This document shows positions 1 through 11,953 of a stretch of DNA of 47,166 nt, piece by piece. The position numbers and the translations under genes are program-made. Below the pieces are notes generated by a model that saw only the letters and a program-made list of their open reading frames with translations, was not told the DNA's origin and searched no databases. Origin of the DNA: Octopus sinensis (lineage: Eukaryota); NCBI RefSeq assembly GCF_006345805.1, contig NW_021824664.1, forward strand, positions 1 through 47,166. The letters run 5' to 3'. Position 1 is the first letter of the stretch; every line of letters starts with the position of its first letter.

Positions 1-650
1 CAAAATATATACATTAAGATATTTTGAGGTATTCGTTCCATCTGGGATGCCTTCCTTCCTTTTTGCGTTGTCCATTTTACCTTTGGTGTCATATAACACC
101 TTCAAAATAAAAAGTAGAAGAACCGCTGCTTTCGAATTACATGATAAGAAAAACCTCCTTGAAATCGGTGCCTAAACAAATCGTAGTTCAATGACTTAGA
201 CCAACAACAACAACAAAGGCATTATAAAGGAGTAAAATCGTTAAATTTTACTTGAAATGTAGCCATAGCAGGCGTTATATGAACATCCCATTTAAAATAT
301 CGATTTAAATTCTCTTGAACAGCTTCCATGTTAGAGAGACATTTGGGTTTGTATTTAACACCGATAGCACGCTTTAAACCTTGACCTCTCTTGACTTCAG
401 ATTCGACGGATTAGAAGCTTAGCTGGAACAAATTAACAAATAATATTCCCATTTCGAGTGTCCAAGGCTGGACACCAAACAGAGGAAAACCTGCAGCAAT
501 TAAACACATTTTATTGTTAAATGGTTTCTGTTTCTCAACCGACATTGTTATATTTGTGTCTCTTTCTCTCTTTTTCTTCCGCTATTATGAATTCACAATG
601 GTTTTAACCATCGTGATATTTTATTTGGTTTAATCATGGATTTTCTTGCT

Positions 651-690
<40 letters not shown>

Positions 691-864
691 CCACTTTATA
701 TATATACACACACACACACACACCAAAAAAATCTCCCGTTATTTAGTCACGCACCATTATATATACTCAACGAATGCACAAACACACACACATTAATAAC
801 AATATATATGTAACTCCTACGAAATGTGCTTAGTTTCAATTGTTTTCGTTTGCCCACTTTCTTT

Positions 865-865
<1 letters not shown>

Positions 866-940
<75 letters not shown>

Positions 941-1012
941 TATATATCTATCTATCTATCTATACTATCTATTTATTCTATATATCTATCTATATCTACC
1001 TATCTATCTATC
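866..1012. repeat. (TATC)n microsatellite
   Basis: Direct tandem tatc/atct run; explains ORFs 824..1066, 826..1023 and 840..1373. Confidence 0.95.
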
Positions 1013-1052
1013 TGCCTGTCTGACTGTCTGTATGTCAGTCTGTGTGTGTGTG

Positions 1053-1147
1053 TTACGGGGGCGTAAACAAATCAACACCGGTTGTCATGCGGTGTTGGGA
1101 GGAGAAACACACATATACACACACACGCGCAAACACTATATATATAT

Positions 1148-1180
<33 letters not shown>

Positions 1181-1340
1181 CGACGAGTGTCTTTCAGTTT
1201 CCGTCAACCAAATCCACTCGCAAGTATTGGGTCGGCCTGAGGTTAAAGCACAAGACACTTGCCCAAGGTGTCACACAGTGGCACGGAACCCGGAACCAGG
1301 TGGTTGGGAAGCAGGTTTCTTACCACACGAACACACCTGC
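1053..1340 (-). mobile_element. tRNA-derived SINE family A (CORE-like 'accttgggcaagtgtctt'), with internal CA/TA microsatellite
   Basis: Reverse complement of the head gtgtggtaagaa...ccgggttc...accttgggcaagtgtctt...gacggaaactgaaag; same family at 9844, 11345, 29067 and 46545. Confidence 0.85.
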
Positions 1341-1380
1341 ACAGTGTATTTAGTGATAATAGTAAAAGTTTAATCGATCA

Positions 1381-1563
1381 CCTCAAACAGGTAGTGTTTT
1401 CAGGTAAATATATTAACTCATTATACCAATCGACGGAACTGCCAAAATATGCAAGACTTTTGCAGAGTTCAATATATAACACGTATTGTTTTTGTTCTCC
1501 AAATTCAAGCGATGGAACTTTTGTTTCTATCTTAGAAGCTATTTCCTTCCCCGTAGGAAAAAT
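1381..1563 (-). CDS. Candidate coding exon with a FERM F2-end-like motif (QYVLYIELCKSLAYFGS)
   Basis: Stop-free minus frame 1563-1381. Y-x2-Y-x3-C-x2-L-x-[YF]-[FY]-G spacing resembles the end of the FERM F2 lobe as I recall it for FRMD8/KRIT1-type proteins. Splice sites not resolved. Confidence 0.4.
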
Positions 1564-2122
1564 TCAATTAATTAAAAAACAAAAACAAAAAGAGCATACG
1601 TACGTGTAATGCCTACAATGTATACAAGTTAGTTGTACGGAAATTACACACAACACACAAAAATGGGCGACTCGCCGAGGAATTAATGTGTTTGCGAATT
1701 CAAATTTTGATCGAAGAAACTTCAGCCTGAATTCTTTTATCGATTTTGTGTTTATATATTTGCTCGGAAGCTAATGTTCTGCTTCTGTGGCCGCATTAGT
1801 TATTTAAACTGGTTTTCAATTAATTGTCCCATTTGAGATTTCTACAAGACTACAAGATTTGATATAATTCCAGATAGTTTCTACGTTTGTGTCTTGTGGA
1901 ATTTAGTGCTCAGTGAAGAATTCACATTGAAATGTATTTAACTAAATATCTTCTAGACATTCTATCTCCCGACTTTTTAAAAAATTACTACATTATGGAC
2001 AACACTGTCGTTAGCAATTTAAGTCACGATTTCGGATTAAATATCTCCATTTAATTTAAATAAAAGGAAAACAGGGAGATACAATCTACCATGTGATCAT
2101 TTTCGCCGTATTTTTTTCCTCT

Positions 2123-2500
2123 AAGTTTCAGTCACAGTACTGCGGCCATACTGGAGCACCGCCGTTTACTTTGCTACACATTCACTAAACCTACTCTGAT
2201 CAATGACATCTGGTGGATGAGGGAGTTTGACGATGCTGCCCTCATCTGTGTCTCTTGTCTAGAGCTAGGTTTTATCCAGAGTTCTTGACAGAAGGAAATC
2301 TAGTTTTGTTTTGAAAAAGGCTACATCCACACCGAGCAGGTCTCTCAGATTTTGTAGAAGGATATAGAAGAGACGTGCGCCTTTGAAGCCCGAGCTGTTG
2401 CAGCATCTGGTCCTGTATCTTAATGGCAAAGTTGGGACCTTTGGTACCATGCAGTAGCGCCCTGTCCTACTGTTTATGTAAGTGACACAATTTGTACTGC
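2123..2500 (-). mobile_element. 3' end of CR1/L2-group LINE (RT C-terminus + 3' UTR)
   Basis: Translation ...SGFKGARLFYILLQNLRDLLGVDVAFFKTKLDFLLS... followed by tail gtgtagcaaa..ggcggtgctccagtatggccgcag; homologous to 26595-26897. Confidence 0.75.
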
Positions 2501-2970
2501 ACTGCCGAAGGTTGGTATGAAAATAGTATGCAAAAAATGAATTCAAATAAAATATACTATTTCTCAGATATTTCAGGTACAAACAAACATCCTTAGAGTT
2601 TTAGTATTATCAAGATTAATCAAAGGACATACTGAGTATGTCTACCTGCTGAAAATAACAGTCAAAACTCTTATTTAAACCGCCGAAAAAACTAACACTG
2701 ATAATAACTACAGAGGTCAACCGTCTGCGAGCTTACGGGTTTTAAGAAAATTATTCAACAGAACTAATATAGCATCCAGTTATATATTTTCCCGTATTGG
2801 ACTCGCGTATAAATATATATGTGTATTTGTGTGAGTGTGTGTAGAAATAGAGAGAGAGAGATACACATATATGCTTATGCACGTACTGTTATGCCTAATA
2901 TTCACAACAATATTGATACACTATCTGTAAGTTTTATTGTGATTCCAATAGAGGCGCTGCAAGTGCGATC

Positions 2971-2971
<1 letters not shown>

Positions 2972-3037
<66 letters not shown>

Positions 3038-3040
3038 GTT
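2972..3040. repeat. (TG)n microsatellite
   Basis: Direct tandem tg run. Confidence 0.95.
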
Positions 3041-3784
3041 TGCGCAAGAGAGTATTTGTGTAACCGTAAGTGTGTCACAGCATGTGAGTATTCGACAGTA
3101 TGTGTGTGCATTTTGCAGCGTGTAAAACCTTGTGTGTGTGTGTGTGTGTGTGTCTATTCATGCTCGGCCCAATGTATGCGTGCATGTGAGCGTGCGTGTG
3201 TTTACATTCGGAAGTGTTGTGGCCCCTTTGTTAAGTGGTTGGTGTAATTCTCGAAGTAACACATTCTATGCCTGAGGGGACATTACCATCGTTTAGAATT
3301 AGTGCAACATTGAACTGCAGCGACTGCATCCTTCCATTTGGTGAAATCGATATTCGTTGCTTCGAGGTGTGCTTTCATCGTACACATCGTTGGCGAAACT
3401 CTGCACCAGTGAATCAGAAATTTGTATTTGATGTTACAGTTTGTCTTAATGGTAGTAAAAAATTAGAGTTTAAAAACCTACTGCAATCAATGAACAGTCA
3501 ATAACAGTCTCGAAAATCTCGCCGATTTTCAGAATTATACTCGACTGAGCTGAAACCCGTTGGTTGTGGTAATGAATATCCGTTGCCGCTGCTACTCCCC
3601 CATGCTCCGCGTCGACTATAGTGCTGTCGGCGACGTTTGTGTCGGCGGTGCTAGCGTTAGTGCCGGCGATGAGGACGACACCGACGCTTAACTTCGAAAA
3701 TTTGCATACATCTACACATACACACATACTGTCATATGCGCGAATCCCGAAACATATCTCATACATACATACATAAACACAAAA

Positions 3785-4048
3785 ATGTATGTATGTACGT
3801 ACGTATGTATTGTATGTATGTATGTATGTATGTATGTATGTATGTATGTATGTATGTATGTATGTATGTATGTATGCATTTATGTATGTATGTATGTATG
3901 TATGCATGTATGTATGTATGTATGTATGTATGTACGCTGGTATGTATGTATGCTTTATGTATGTATGTATATATGTATGCATGTATGTATGCATGTATGT
4001 ATGTATGTATGTTGTATGTATGTATGTATGTATGCATGTATGTATGTA
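3785..4048. repeat. (TATG)n microsatellite
   Basis: Direct tandem tatg/tgta run; source of the MYVC/HTYI ORFs. Confidence 0.95.
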
Positions 4049-4277
4049 GATAGATAGATAAAGTTAGTGGTATGCATTTATGCGCACCTGCACGCACACG
4101 CATACACGTACGTATATATACAAACACACACAAACATATATATATTTATATTTATTTATATATAAGTATGGACATACATAGATACAAATGTACAGTTACA
4201 TGCATACAAGTTCATCTCTTCATAAACAATATATATTGTGTGTGTATGTATGAATGTTGTGTGTGTATACACACGGG

Positions 4278-4316
<39 letters not shown>

Positions 4317-4416
4317 ACAAATACACACACACACACACTTGACAGTAAAACCTTTAAAAAGCAATGATATTAAAATATCCAAACAAAGATATTTCTGCAT
4401 CTCGTGTCTACTTTAC

Positions 4417-4513
4417 ATTCTCCGAAAAATATAAAATTTCGCTCCATGTCCAACGAAATCTCTTTTTCTCGTGACTTCTGTCGTGGGTCATGAAAGCTGT
4501 GAGTAAATCTGAT
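4417..4513 (-). CDS. Candidate 97-nt coding exon
   Basis: Acceptor ttcattttcag| and donor AAT|gtaaag. Two open frames: IRFTHSFHDPRQKSREKEISLDMERNFIFFGE or SDLLTAFMTHDRSHEKKRFRWTWSEILYFSEN. Confidence 0.4.
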
Positions 4514-5324
4514 CTGAAAATGAACTTGCATCGTATTCCCACTTTATTGTAATTTCACTGCAATTACCCTTATGAAAAAGATGGAAGTGACCGACTTCAA
4601 TTTTATTTTTCAGTTATGAAAATTACATTATGCCTAGTCAAGAGAAACTCGTAATATTGCAGATAACTACTACTTAACATATATTTCTATCACTGCTGTT
4701 ACTGTTACCATTATTAGCTTCAGCAAAACCATTATATTTATCAATTTTTCTTTATCGTTGTAACGCACCAAAACGATCTAAGAGCAAATTAAGATATTAA
4801 CTCTAGGTGTTCTCTTAGAAACCGATATCAGTTATCAATGCGTACAATTTCTCTAGTGGAGACATTTGCAATTCCATTTTTAATCCGGCAACATCGAGTA
4901 CAAATGTACAGCTTAAAGAATTCATTAGTGACGAAATGCTTGATTAAATATTAATAATTTATAATATGAGAGTGAGGAGAGAAGAGTGAAAGAATGAGAG
5001 ACAAAGAGAAAAGGGAACTGGACTGTACCTATCCATTTTGCATTTAAATACCGCTGAGATCGTTCTTAACATTAATATGGCCTTTGATAACACGGTTAAA
5101 TCGATATAATAGTTGTCCTTGTCAAAAGATCAGGACTTGTTCTCAAGCAGTCAAAAGTAATCATGTTTCAATGACACAATAAGTAGGCGGCATTTAACGT
5201 TACTGTGATTATGTCCGTTACAAATGTCTATATTATCACAGGGAAACACACGTGTTACTACTACAAACTCTATTAAGGACTCACGCACATACATATACAC
5301 ATGTATATATACATACACACGTAC

Positions 5325-5440
5325 AAAGACAAGTCCCCACCATTAGGCTTTGAACGCAAATCGGAAAGGCTGATAGATAATCGCTGCTGTATTCGACGTC
5401 CTTGCCGATTCGGCTAGCTGCAGCGCTCTGGATTACCTCC
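5325..5440 (-). CDS. Candidate coding exon
   Basis: Acceptor ttaatctttctattacag|; single open frame EVIQSAAASRIGKDVEYSSDYLSAFPICVQSLM(VGTCL); possible donors after 5341 (gtgggg), 5325 (gtacgt) or 5321 (gtgtgt). Confidence 0.45.
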
Positions 5441-5589
5441 CTGTAATAGAAAGATTAAATCGTATATTAATCTTTGCAGACTCGTAGCAAGAGTAGCAGG
5501 TTTTCAAGGGTGGGTGGGTAACATAGATATTGATTTCTCTTGTCTAACTTCAGTTTTTTTTTAACATTTACAAGCGTTCTTAAATCATT

Positions 5590-6050
5590 TAAGCATTTGA
5601 AAGTGACAAGAGGTACAAAGATGAAGAGCTTTTAGATGTTAACGAGTATCTAACTGACTGGAGATATATTCCCCCCAGCTTATGATATGTGTCTATCACA
5701 GATAGCATACCTAAATACTCTGGTCCCTACTTTCGTCATTAGCATTTCTGACTCTCCATCCATGACCTCTGAGATGGCTATTCAGTCCCGTTGCAGATCT
5801 GCATGGTTTAGAGCATAGGTGGCAGACGGTAGTTATAAATTACTATGAGTTTCCGGCCGGTCAGATTTTCACACGTTGCCATCCTTCCAACGCCATAAGA
5901 TTCTCTGTAAATGGAGTGACTAATGAAATCACCATAACAAGCCATTTGGTAAGGCACTGGATTATAGCGATAAACGCTTGTACAACACGAGTACCACTCT
6001 CACAATTTTTCGCCATTAGCCCCTAGGCTAATGAGATAGCCAGTAATCAC
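5590..6050 (-). mobile_element. Possible highly decayed LINE RT fragment
   Basis: Non-repetitive stretch with HADLQRDxIAISE, resembling the post-YADD 'LQxDLxxIxxW' segment of CR1-type RT; many stops. Confidence 0.25.
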
Positions 6051-6127
6051 ATGAAACCACAGGGTTTTCCATCAGATTTCCCCTCTTCTAGAAGGGTGCT
6101 GTGAGAACAGCTAGGGGCCCCTCATAA

Positions 6128-6321
6128 ATACATACATACATGCATGCATACATACATACATACGTGCATGCATGCATACATAACATACGTATATACATGC
6201 ATGCATACATACATGCATGCATATATACATGCATACATGCATGCATATATACATACATGCATACATACATGCATGCATACATACATACATACTTAAATAC
6301 ATACATACATACATACATACA

Positions 6322-6352
<31 letters not shown>
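6128..6352. repeat. (TACA)/(TGCA) microsatellite
   Basis: Direct tandem taca run. Confidence 0.95.
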
Positions 6353-6354
<2 letters not shown>

Positions 6355-6509
6355 GATTCAAAGACTACAGATCCAAACCACCACTTGAACTGTAAAAATC
6401 TGTAAAACTTTCCAGAAGTTTATCATTTAAGTATATATGAGCATATCTAGACATGCAGCTATATGCATGAGAATACATACAAATATGCTCATATATGTGC
6501 ATACATACA

Positions 6510-7610
6510 TAGTCACCGTATCTTATAAACAACAGCAGCAAAAATAAATACATAAATGCAGTGCTGAAGAGTAAAATGAGCGACATTGAACGAGTTAGCA
6601 GCGAGCTCCTCAAGAAACACTCTCTTCCTGATGAGCTCCTATACAGCTCCAAAACAGCTGGGCTCTCTTATCTCAGAAACGTCCTGGATGGAAAGCACTC
6701 AGCATACAAAAGAGAAGTCTATACATGAGTGTGTTGCCCGGAAGTTTGAAAAAGGCAGTATGTTTGACACGAAGCGCAACCTCTTTTGGACACAAGACCA
6801 CCACATCACATCACACTTTGATGATTATGCGTTTGCAATCCAGGAACAGGAGATTGCCACAAAGTACCTGGTGAATAAGAGAAACAGTGACGCTCTTGTA
6901 ATCCAAAGGTTCAATTGCATGTCATGTAGGCTATGTCGATGTTTCTGTGGAAGATATCACGCGTGTGATTAGCAGCTCTTCTAAAATGTCGTCACGGTAC
7001 TATCCCCCTATGCGGTACGATGTTGTTGATAAAACAATTTACAATGCAATCCGTATAAAAGACTGTCCTGCAATAAACTTAGAAAATCCCACTGTTATGG
7101 AATACTTTCATAAACACCAACTCAAGGAATACTGGTGGAATATTCCCATCAAATGTAAACATAACAGGACGGATATTGTTGTTCGGGATAGAGGAGCAAA
7201 GGTATGTACCATCACAGAGTTTGCTGCCCTGCAGATATAAATATCTGTTTGAAAATCAAAGGAAAAGAGGATATCTATGGACAACTGCTTCGAAACCTCC
7301 AGCTTCTATATCCAGACTATGAATTTATATTCATACCAGTAATAATTGGGGCATTAGGTTTTGTTAGTAAATGCTTAAAGGAGAGTTTGGATAAACTGGG
7401 ATTTTCAGAAAGAGAAATCGATCGGCTGATTCGTTCATTACAAGTCCAATCTGTGAGTAGGAACTGTAAAATATGCAAGACTTTTCCCAAGTTCCAAATG
7501 TGAATTTGTCTGTGTTAACTACATCCGAAAGATAGGGTCTTGTATCTTTGTTGGAAACCGGCTCCCTCCTCAGTGGAAATTTCATAATATTTAAAAAATA
7601 GAAGAGACGT
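6510..7610 (+). mobile_element. 5'-truncated RLE-type (R4/Dong-like) non-LTR retrotransposon, C-terminal Zn-knuckle + restriction-like endonuclease, frameshifted
   Basis: Pieces AFAIQEQEIATKYL, CRLC..EDITxVISS, MRYDVV, CKHNRTDIVV, CCPADINICLKIKGKEDIY, FIPVIIGALG across ORFs 6586..6972 and 7204..7503 (+) and, between them, the plus-strand reading of the span listed as 6947..7240. Confidence 0.8.
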
Positions 7611-7744
7611 ACATACATAGATACATACGGAACTGCAAAAGTTTGTCAAACTTTCCAGAAGTTTAGTATTTAATTATATATGCGCATGTCTATACGTAAA
7701 ACTATATGCATGAGAAAACATGAATAGAACAATACATACAAATC

Positions 7745-8640
7745 TGCACTCGCTCTGGCTCCAAATACTGCACTCAATAATCCGGCTATTGGTCCATTAT
7801 AAACTACTTTGAAGATCGATGTTACTATAGATCATCAGCTTTCTACTAGCATAGTCTTCTGCCGATTGTAGGCTCATCCTTTCATCTGATACGTACGGTA
7901 GATGTCGTGCGACTTCATTGTGCATGTATTCTAGGCTATCAGACAAAGAGTGTTGCTCAAGGAGCTACCTTCCAAGTCTTATGATGTTATCAGCCTTATG
8001 TATGTAAACTTAGTCAAGGGATGCACTTCGACACTTAGTGATTAAAAGATGTTGCCGAAGGGATTTGATACGACATTCAAAGTCATTTTGGATCAATGTT
8101 AAGCCTCTTCTGCCTTATTTCCGTTTTAGGTAAAAGCAGTCTACGTCACTGTTTATGTGGAAATTATGTGTGCATGTTAGTAGTTTTGGGGTATTCACAT
8201 CAATGGCTCGGATCTCATTAACCGTCCAATCAAGCATCCCAAATGTTTGTATGAATGCTGGCACTGCAAGCACAGTGTGTGCCACTGTTTTATTGAACGC
8301 AGAGAGTTCTGAGGTCCAAATTTTCTTTATTCGGCTGTAATATTCTTTAGTGACACGTGTTTTGTTACAGGTGCTACAGTAAGATATATTTTCATCCACA
8401 TCTAGATACCTGTAACATTCCTTGTCAGATACAGGGGAAACAGTAAAATCTTTGATGATGTTACTAGTCTGGTTTATAGTTTTCCTCCTTTACGCAACCA
8501 TAAAATATTTATCCTGACCAAATTCCAAACCTACATCCTTTGAGAATGTTGTAACTAGGTCAAGAGTCTTTTTCATCTCATGCATATTCTTTGCACGAAG
8601 TTAAAGTTTTAAGTCATCCACAAAAGGCAATGTGTAATTT
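7745..8640 (-). mobile_element. RLE-type (R4/Dong-like) LINE RT-domain fragment, decayed
   Basis: Minus-strand ITHCLFVDDLKL...FSKDVGLEFGQDK, YYSRIKKIWTSELSAFNK, DWTVNEIRAIDV, LYLxRKxGGRGL-like segment. Confidence 0.8.
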
Positions 8641-8877
8641 TGGTATTTTTGTTTCTTTGTGAACCAGTGAGATATCCATGTATGGATGGATGGATGGATG
8701 GATGTGGCGGTCGACTGATTTCCAATGATTCTCTCTACCAAATTTCAGTCAGTGAGGCACTGATCGTCTCTGACATTGGTACAAGTTATTTGCCTTGGAA
8801 GTTGCGTGGTGCAATCAAACGCGGTTGGGTAAAATTGTGAAGTGAACGTCTCAATCACATGATCATAAGCTTGTGCA

Positions 8878-9062
8878 TTAGAAGAAGAAGAAGAAGAAGA
8901 AGAAGAAGAAGAAGAAGAAGAAGAAGAAGAAGAAGAAGAAGAAGAAGAAGAAGAAGAAAAGAAGAAGAAGAAGAAGAAACAGCAACAGCAACAAGATAAA
9001 AAAGAGGAAAAAGCTGATATAGAAGAAGAAGATAATGATGATGACGATGATGAAGATGATGG
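8878..9062. repeat. (AGA)n and related trinucleotide array
   Basis: Direct tandem aga run followed by gca/gat variants. Confidence 0.95.
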
Positions 9063-9336
9063 AGAAGTAAACGTTGGTGATATTTAAGTCTGTTTACGAA
9101 CAAAACAAAGGAGGTTAATTGTCAATTTGCAAATTTAGTTCATGAACAGGAAGTGTGTAGTGTGGTGGGGAAATCACTAAAACATTTTGAAAAGTCCAAC
9201 TTCCGGTGTTCATTGGTGAGTGAGTTTTATTATAGGACACACGAGTGTCTCTCACTTAATGACGGAGTATTTTGTTGCAAAGAAGGAGAGACGGGGGAGA
9301 GCGAAATAAAGACAGACCACTCTACCGCACATAAAA

Positions 9337-9367
<31 letters not shown>

Positions 9368-9552
9368 ATAGAGGAGGCAAAAAAAACTGAAATACAGAAA
9401 AATTAGAAACACTGAATGCAATAAAGAAATATTTATGCAACAAGAGATGGGAAAAGTATATGTATACACATATATGCGTGTATGCCACATATAGATACTT
9501 ACACATATGTATATGCATGTATGCATGTATTTATGTTACTATATCTATATCG

Positions 9553-9583
<31 letters not shown>

Positions 9584-9678
9584 TTTAGAGAGAGAGAAGG
9601 AAGGAGAGAGAGAGGGAAAGAGATACAAATATATAAAAAATCGTGTGTACGCATATAACCGTATAATCGTGTGTATGC

Positions 9679-9722
<44 letters not shown>

Positions 9723-9843
9723 GTATTTAAATATATACATACAAACACAAGTGTGTATATGTGTGAGTATTAAACGATCTGTAATGTCAGTACAAATAGA
9801 AAAATGTATGGTCATTCTTCAGGTATTTTTTATTATTTTACAC

Positions 9844-10472
9844 GTTTCAGTCATTTGACTGCGTCCATGCTGGAGCACAGCCTTTAGTCGAGCAAATCGA
9901 CCCCAGGTCTTATTCTTTGTAAGCCTAGTACTTATTCTATCGGTCTCTTTTGCCAAACCGCTAAACTACGGGGACGTAAACACACCAACATCGGTTTGTC
10001 AAGCGATGTTGGAGGGACAAACACAGACATAGAAGCATATGCACACACATACATATATATGTATATATATATAGTTAATCCAAACATGAAAACACAAAGA
10101 GAAAACACAACAACGCGAGGACGTGGAACAAGTATAGTGTTATTGGACGCTCAGGAAAGGAAAGAAAGAAGGAGGATGTAACGTTTCGAGCGGAGCTCTT
10201 TGTCAGAAACATAGAAAAAGCAAAAGTCCAAGGAAGGGAAGACAGAGAAAGGAAATCGCCAACGGTACACACGCGGTAACATACACACACACACAACACA
10301 CATATATATATATACAATGGGCTTCTTTCAGTTTACGTCTACCAAATTAACTCAGAAGGCTTTGGTCGGCCCAAGGCTATGGTAGAAGACACTAGCCGAA
10401 GGTGCCACGCAGTGGGACCGAACCTTGAACCATGTGGCTGGTAAGCAAGCTACTTACTACACAACCACTCCT
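9844..10472 (-). mobile_element. SINE family A interrupted by a PLE terminal fragment
   Basis: SINE tail 9844-10030 and head 10315-10472 are colinear around an unrelated insert. Confidence 0.8.
10074..10290 (-). mobile_element. Solo Penelope-like pLTR fragment with degenerate HHR core (CUGACAA..GAGC-UCC-GCUC GAAAC GUU)
   Basis: Similar to 38686-38910 and 45198-45420 (ttaatccaaac..., acgtttcgagcggagctctt). Confidence 0.7.
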
Positions 10473-11273
10473 GTGACAAAAACATTATAGTCAATTATCT
10501 TTATTAGTAGGAAAACAGTGAATTAAAAAGAAACTTTATTTTTGGAATTATGTGTTTAACGACTTGAAAATCCTTCTCTCGTGAAACTAAGTTATGTTTT
10601 TTTTATTTTTCTTGCTGTGAATATTCCACCATCTTAGCTAAAAGTCTTATGAATGCTATGATCACACGATGCAAAAACCATAGACTGAGGCATGCGTGTG
10701 TCTATGTTGTGTGTGTGTGTGTGTGTGTGTGTATGGATGGTTGGATGTGTATGCATGGTGTGTGTGTGAGTGTGAGTAAGGAGTGCCATCGTTACACTGT
10801 CTGATGAATATATTTTGGAGACATTTCGAAGATAGTTGACACTATTTAATCACGTCTATATTTGTTCTTAGCTCAAAGTTCCGCTATTGTTGACTTCACC
10901 GAACACTCTACTTCATTACCCAAAACATTGAATGCTGGGTCGATTCATTCGACTAAAATTCTTCTAATGATTGAAACGAGTGAAAAAATACAAGAACACA
11001 AGAATAAGGGAATAAAAGAATTATAATGCCGACCCTTACCGGGGCAGTACTTATGACAAACCTCGTCGCAATTCTTACAGTCTAGTTTCTGTTATAATTC
11101 TTGAGTAAGCTCGAAGACATGATAAGAGACAGACACTCACTTGTGATTGCGAAAGAATTTCTTTACCATTCGGTCATACCAGCACTATTTTTCTAACACA
11201 CGTATATATTTGTACATCGATTCACAACCAAACACACAACGAGATATACACACGCACACACACACACACACAC

Positions 11274-11331
<58 letters not shown>

Positions 11332-11344
11332 AACTCTTTTATGC

Positions 11345-11550
11345 TTTTATTTGTTTCAGTCATTTCACTGCGGCCATGATGGAGCATCGCCTTTAGTCGA
11401 GCAAATCGGCCCTAAGATTTATTCTTTGTAAGCCTAGTACTTATTCTATCGGTCTCTTTTTGCCGAACTGCTAATTTACGGGGACGTAAACACACCACCA
11501 TCGGCTGTCATGCGATGTTGGAGAAGGGACAAAAACACAGACAGACACAA

Positions 11551-11592
<42 letters not shown>

Positions 11593-11848
11593 GCAGGTGG
11601 TGCTATTAAGTTGACAGGGGCCTGGGCCAATAATGGCCGAAACCTATCAAAGTATCAAAGTATATATTATATATATATATATACACGATGGGCTTCTTTT
11701 AGTTTCCGTCTACCAAATCTACTCACAAGGATTTGGTCAGCGTGAGGCTATAGTAGAAGACACTTGACCACGGTGCCACGCAGTGGGACTGAACCTGAAA
11801 CCATGTAGTTGGTAAGCAACCTACTTACCACACAGCCACGCCTACGCC
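11345..11848 (-). mobile_element. SINE family A, near full length
   Basis: Tail gtttcagtcattt...gcggccatg...gagcatcgcc through head cttaccacacagccac, with internal CA/TA tracts. Confidence 0.85.
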
Positions 11849-11903
11849 TATATATATATATGTATGCATATGCGTATATATATATATTTATACATACACA
11901 CAT

Positions 11904-11948
<45 letters not shown>

Positions 11949-11953
<5 letters not shown>

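Noticed and set aside
3230-3700. GC-richer unique stretch with a possible exon (acceptor near 3445, donor near 3285, minus strand)
   Set aside because: Several frames are partly open and none is recognisable; cannot choose a strand or frame.
6625-6665. CUGAUGA GCU..AGC inside the RLE element
   Set aside because: Lacks GAAA and lies in LINE coding sequence; chance match.
9090-9330. ETS-like motifs (caggaagtg, cttccggtg) and a gtgagt donor suggesting a promoter or first exon
   Set aside because: Short motifs expected by chance; no downstream exon support.
11592-11660. GGCC-aataat-GGCC GAAAC insert inside a SINE
   Set aside because: No CUGANGA upstream; too degenerate to call a ribozyme.
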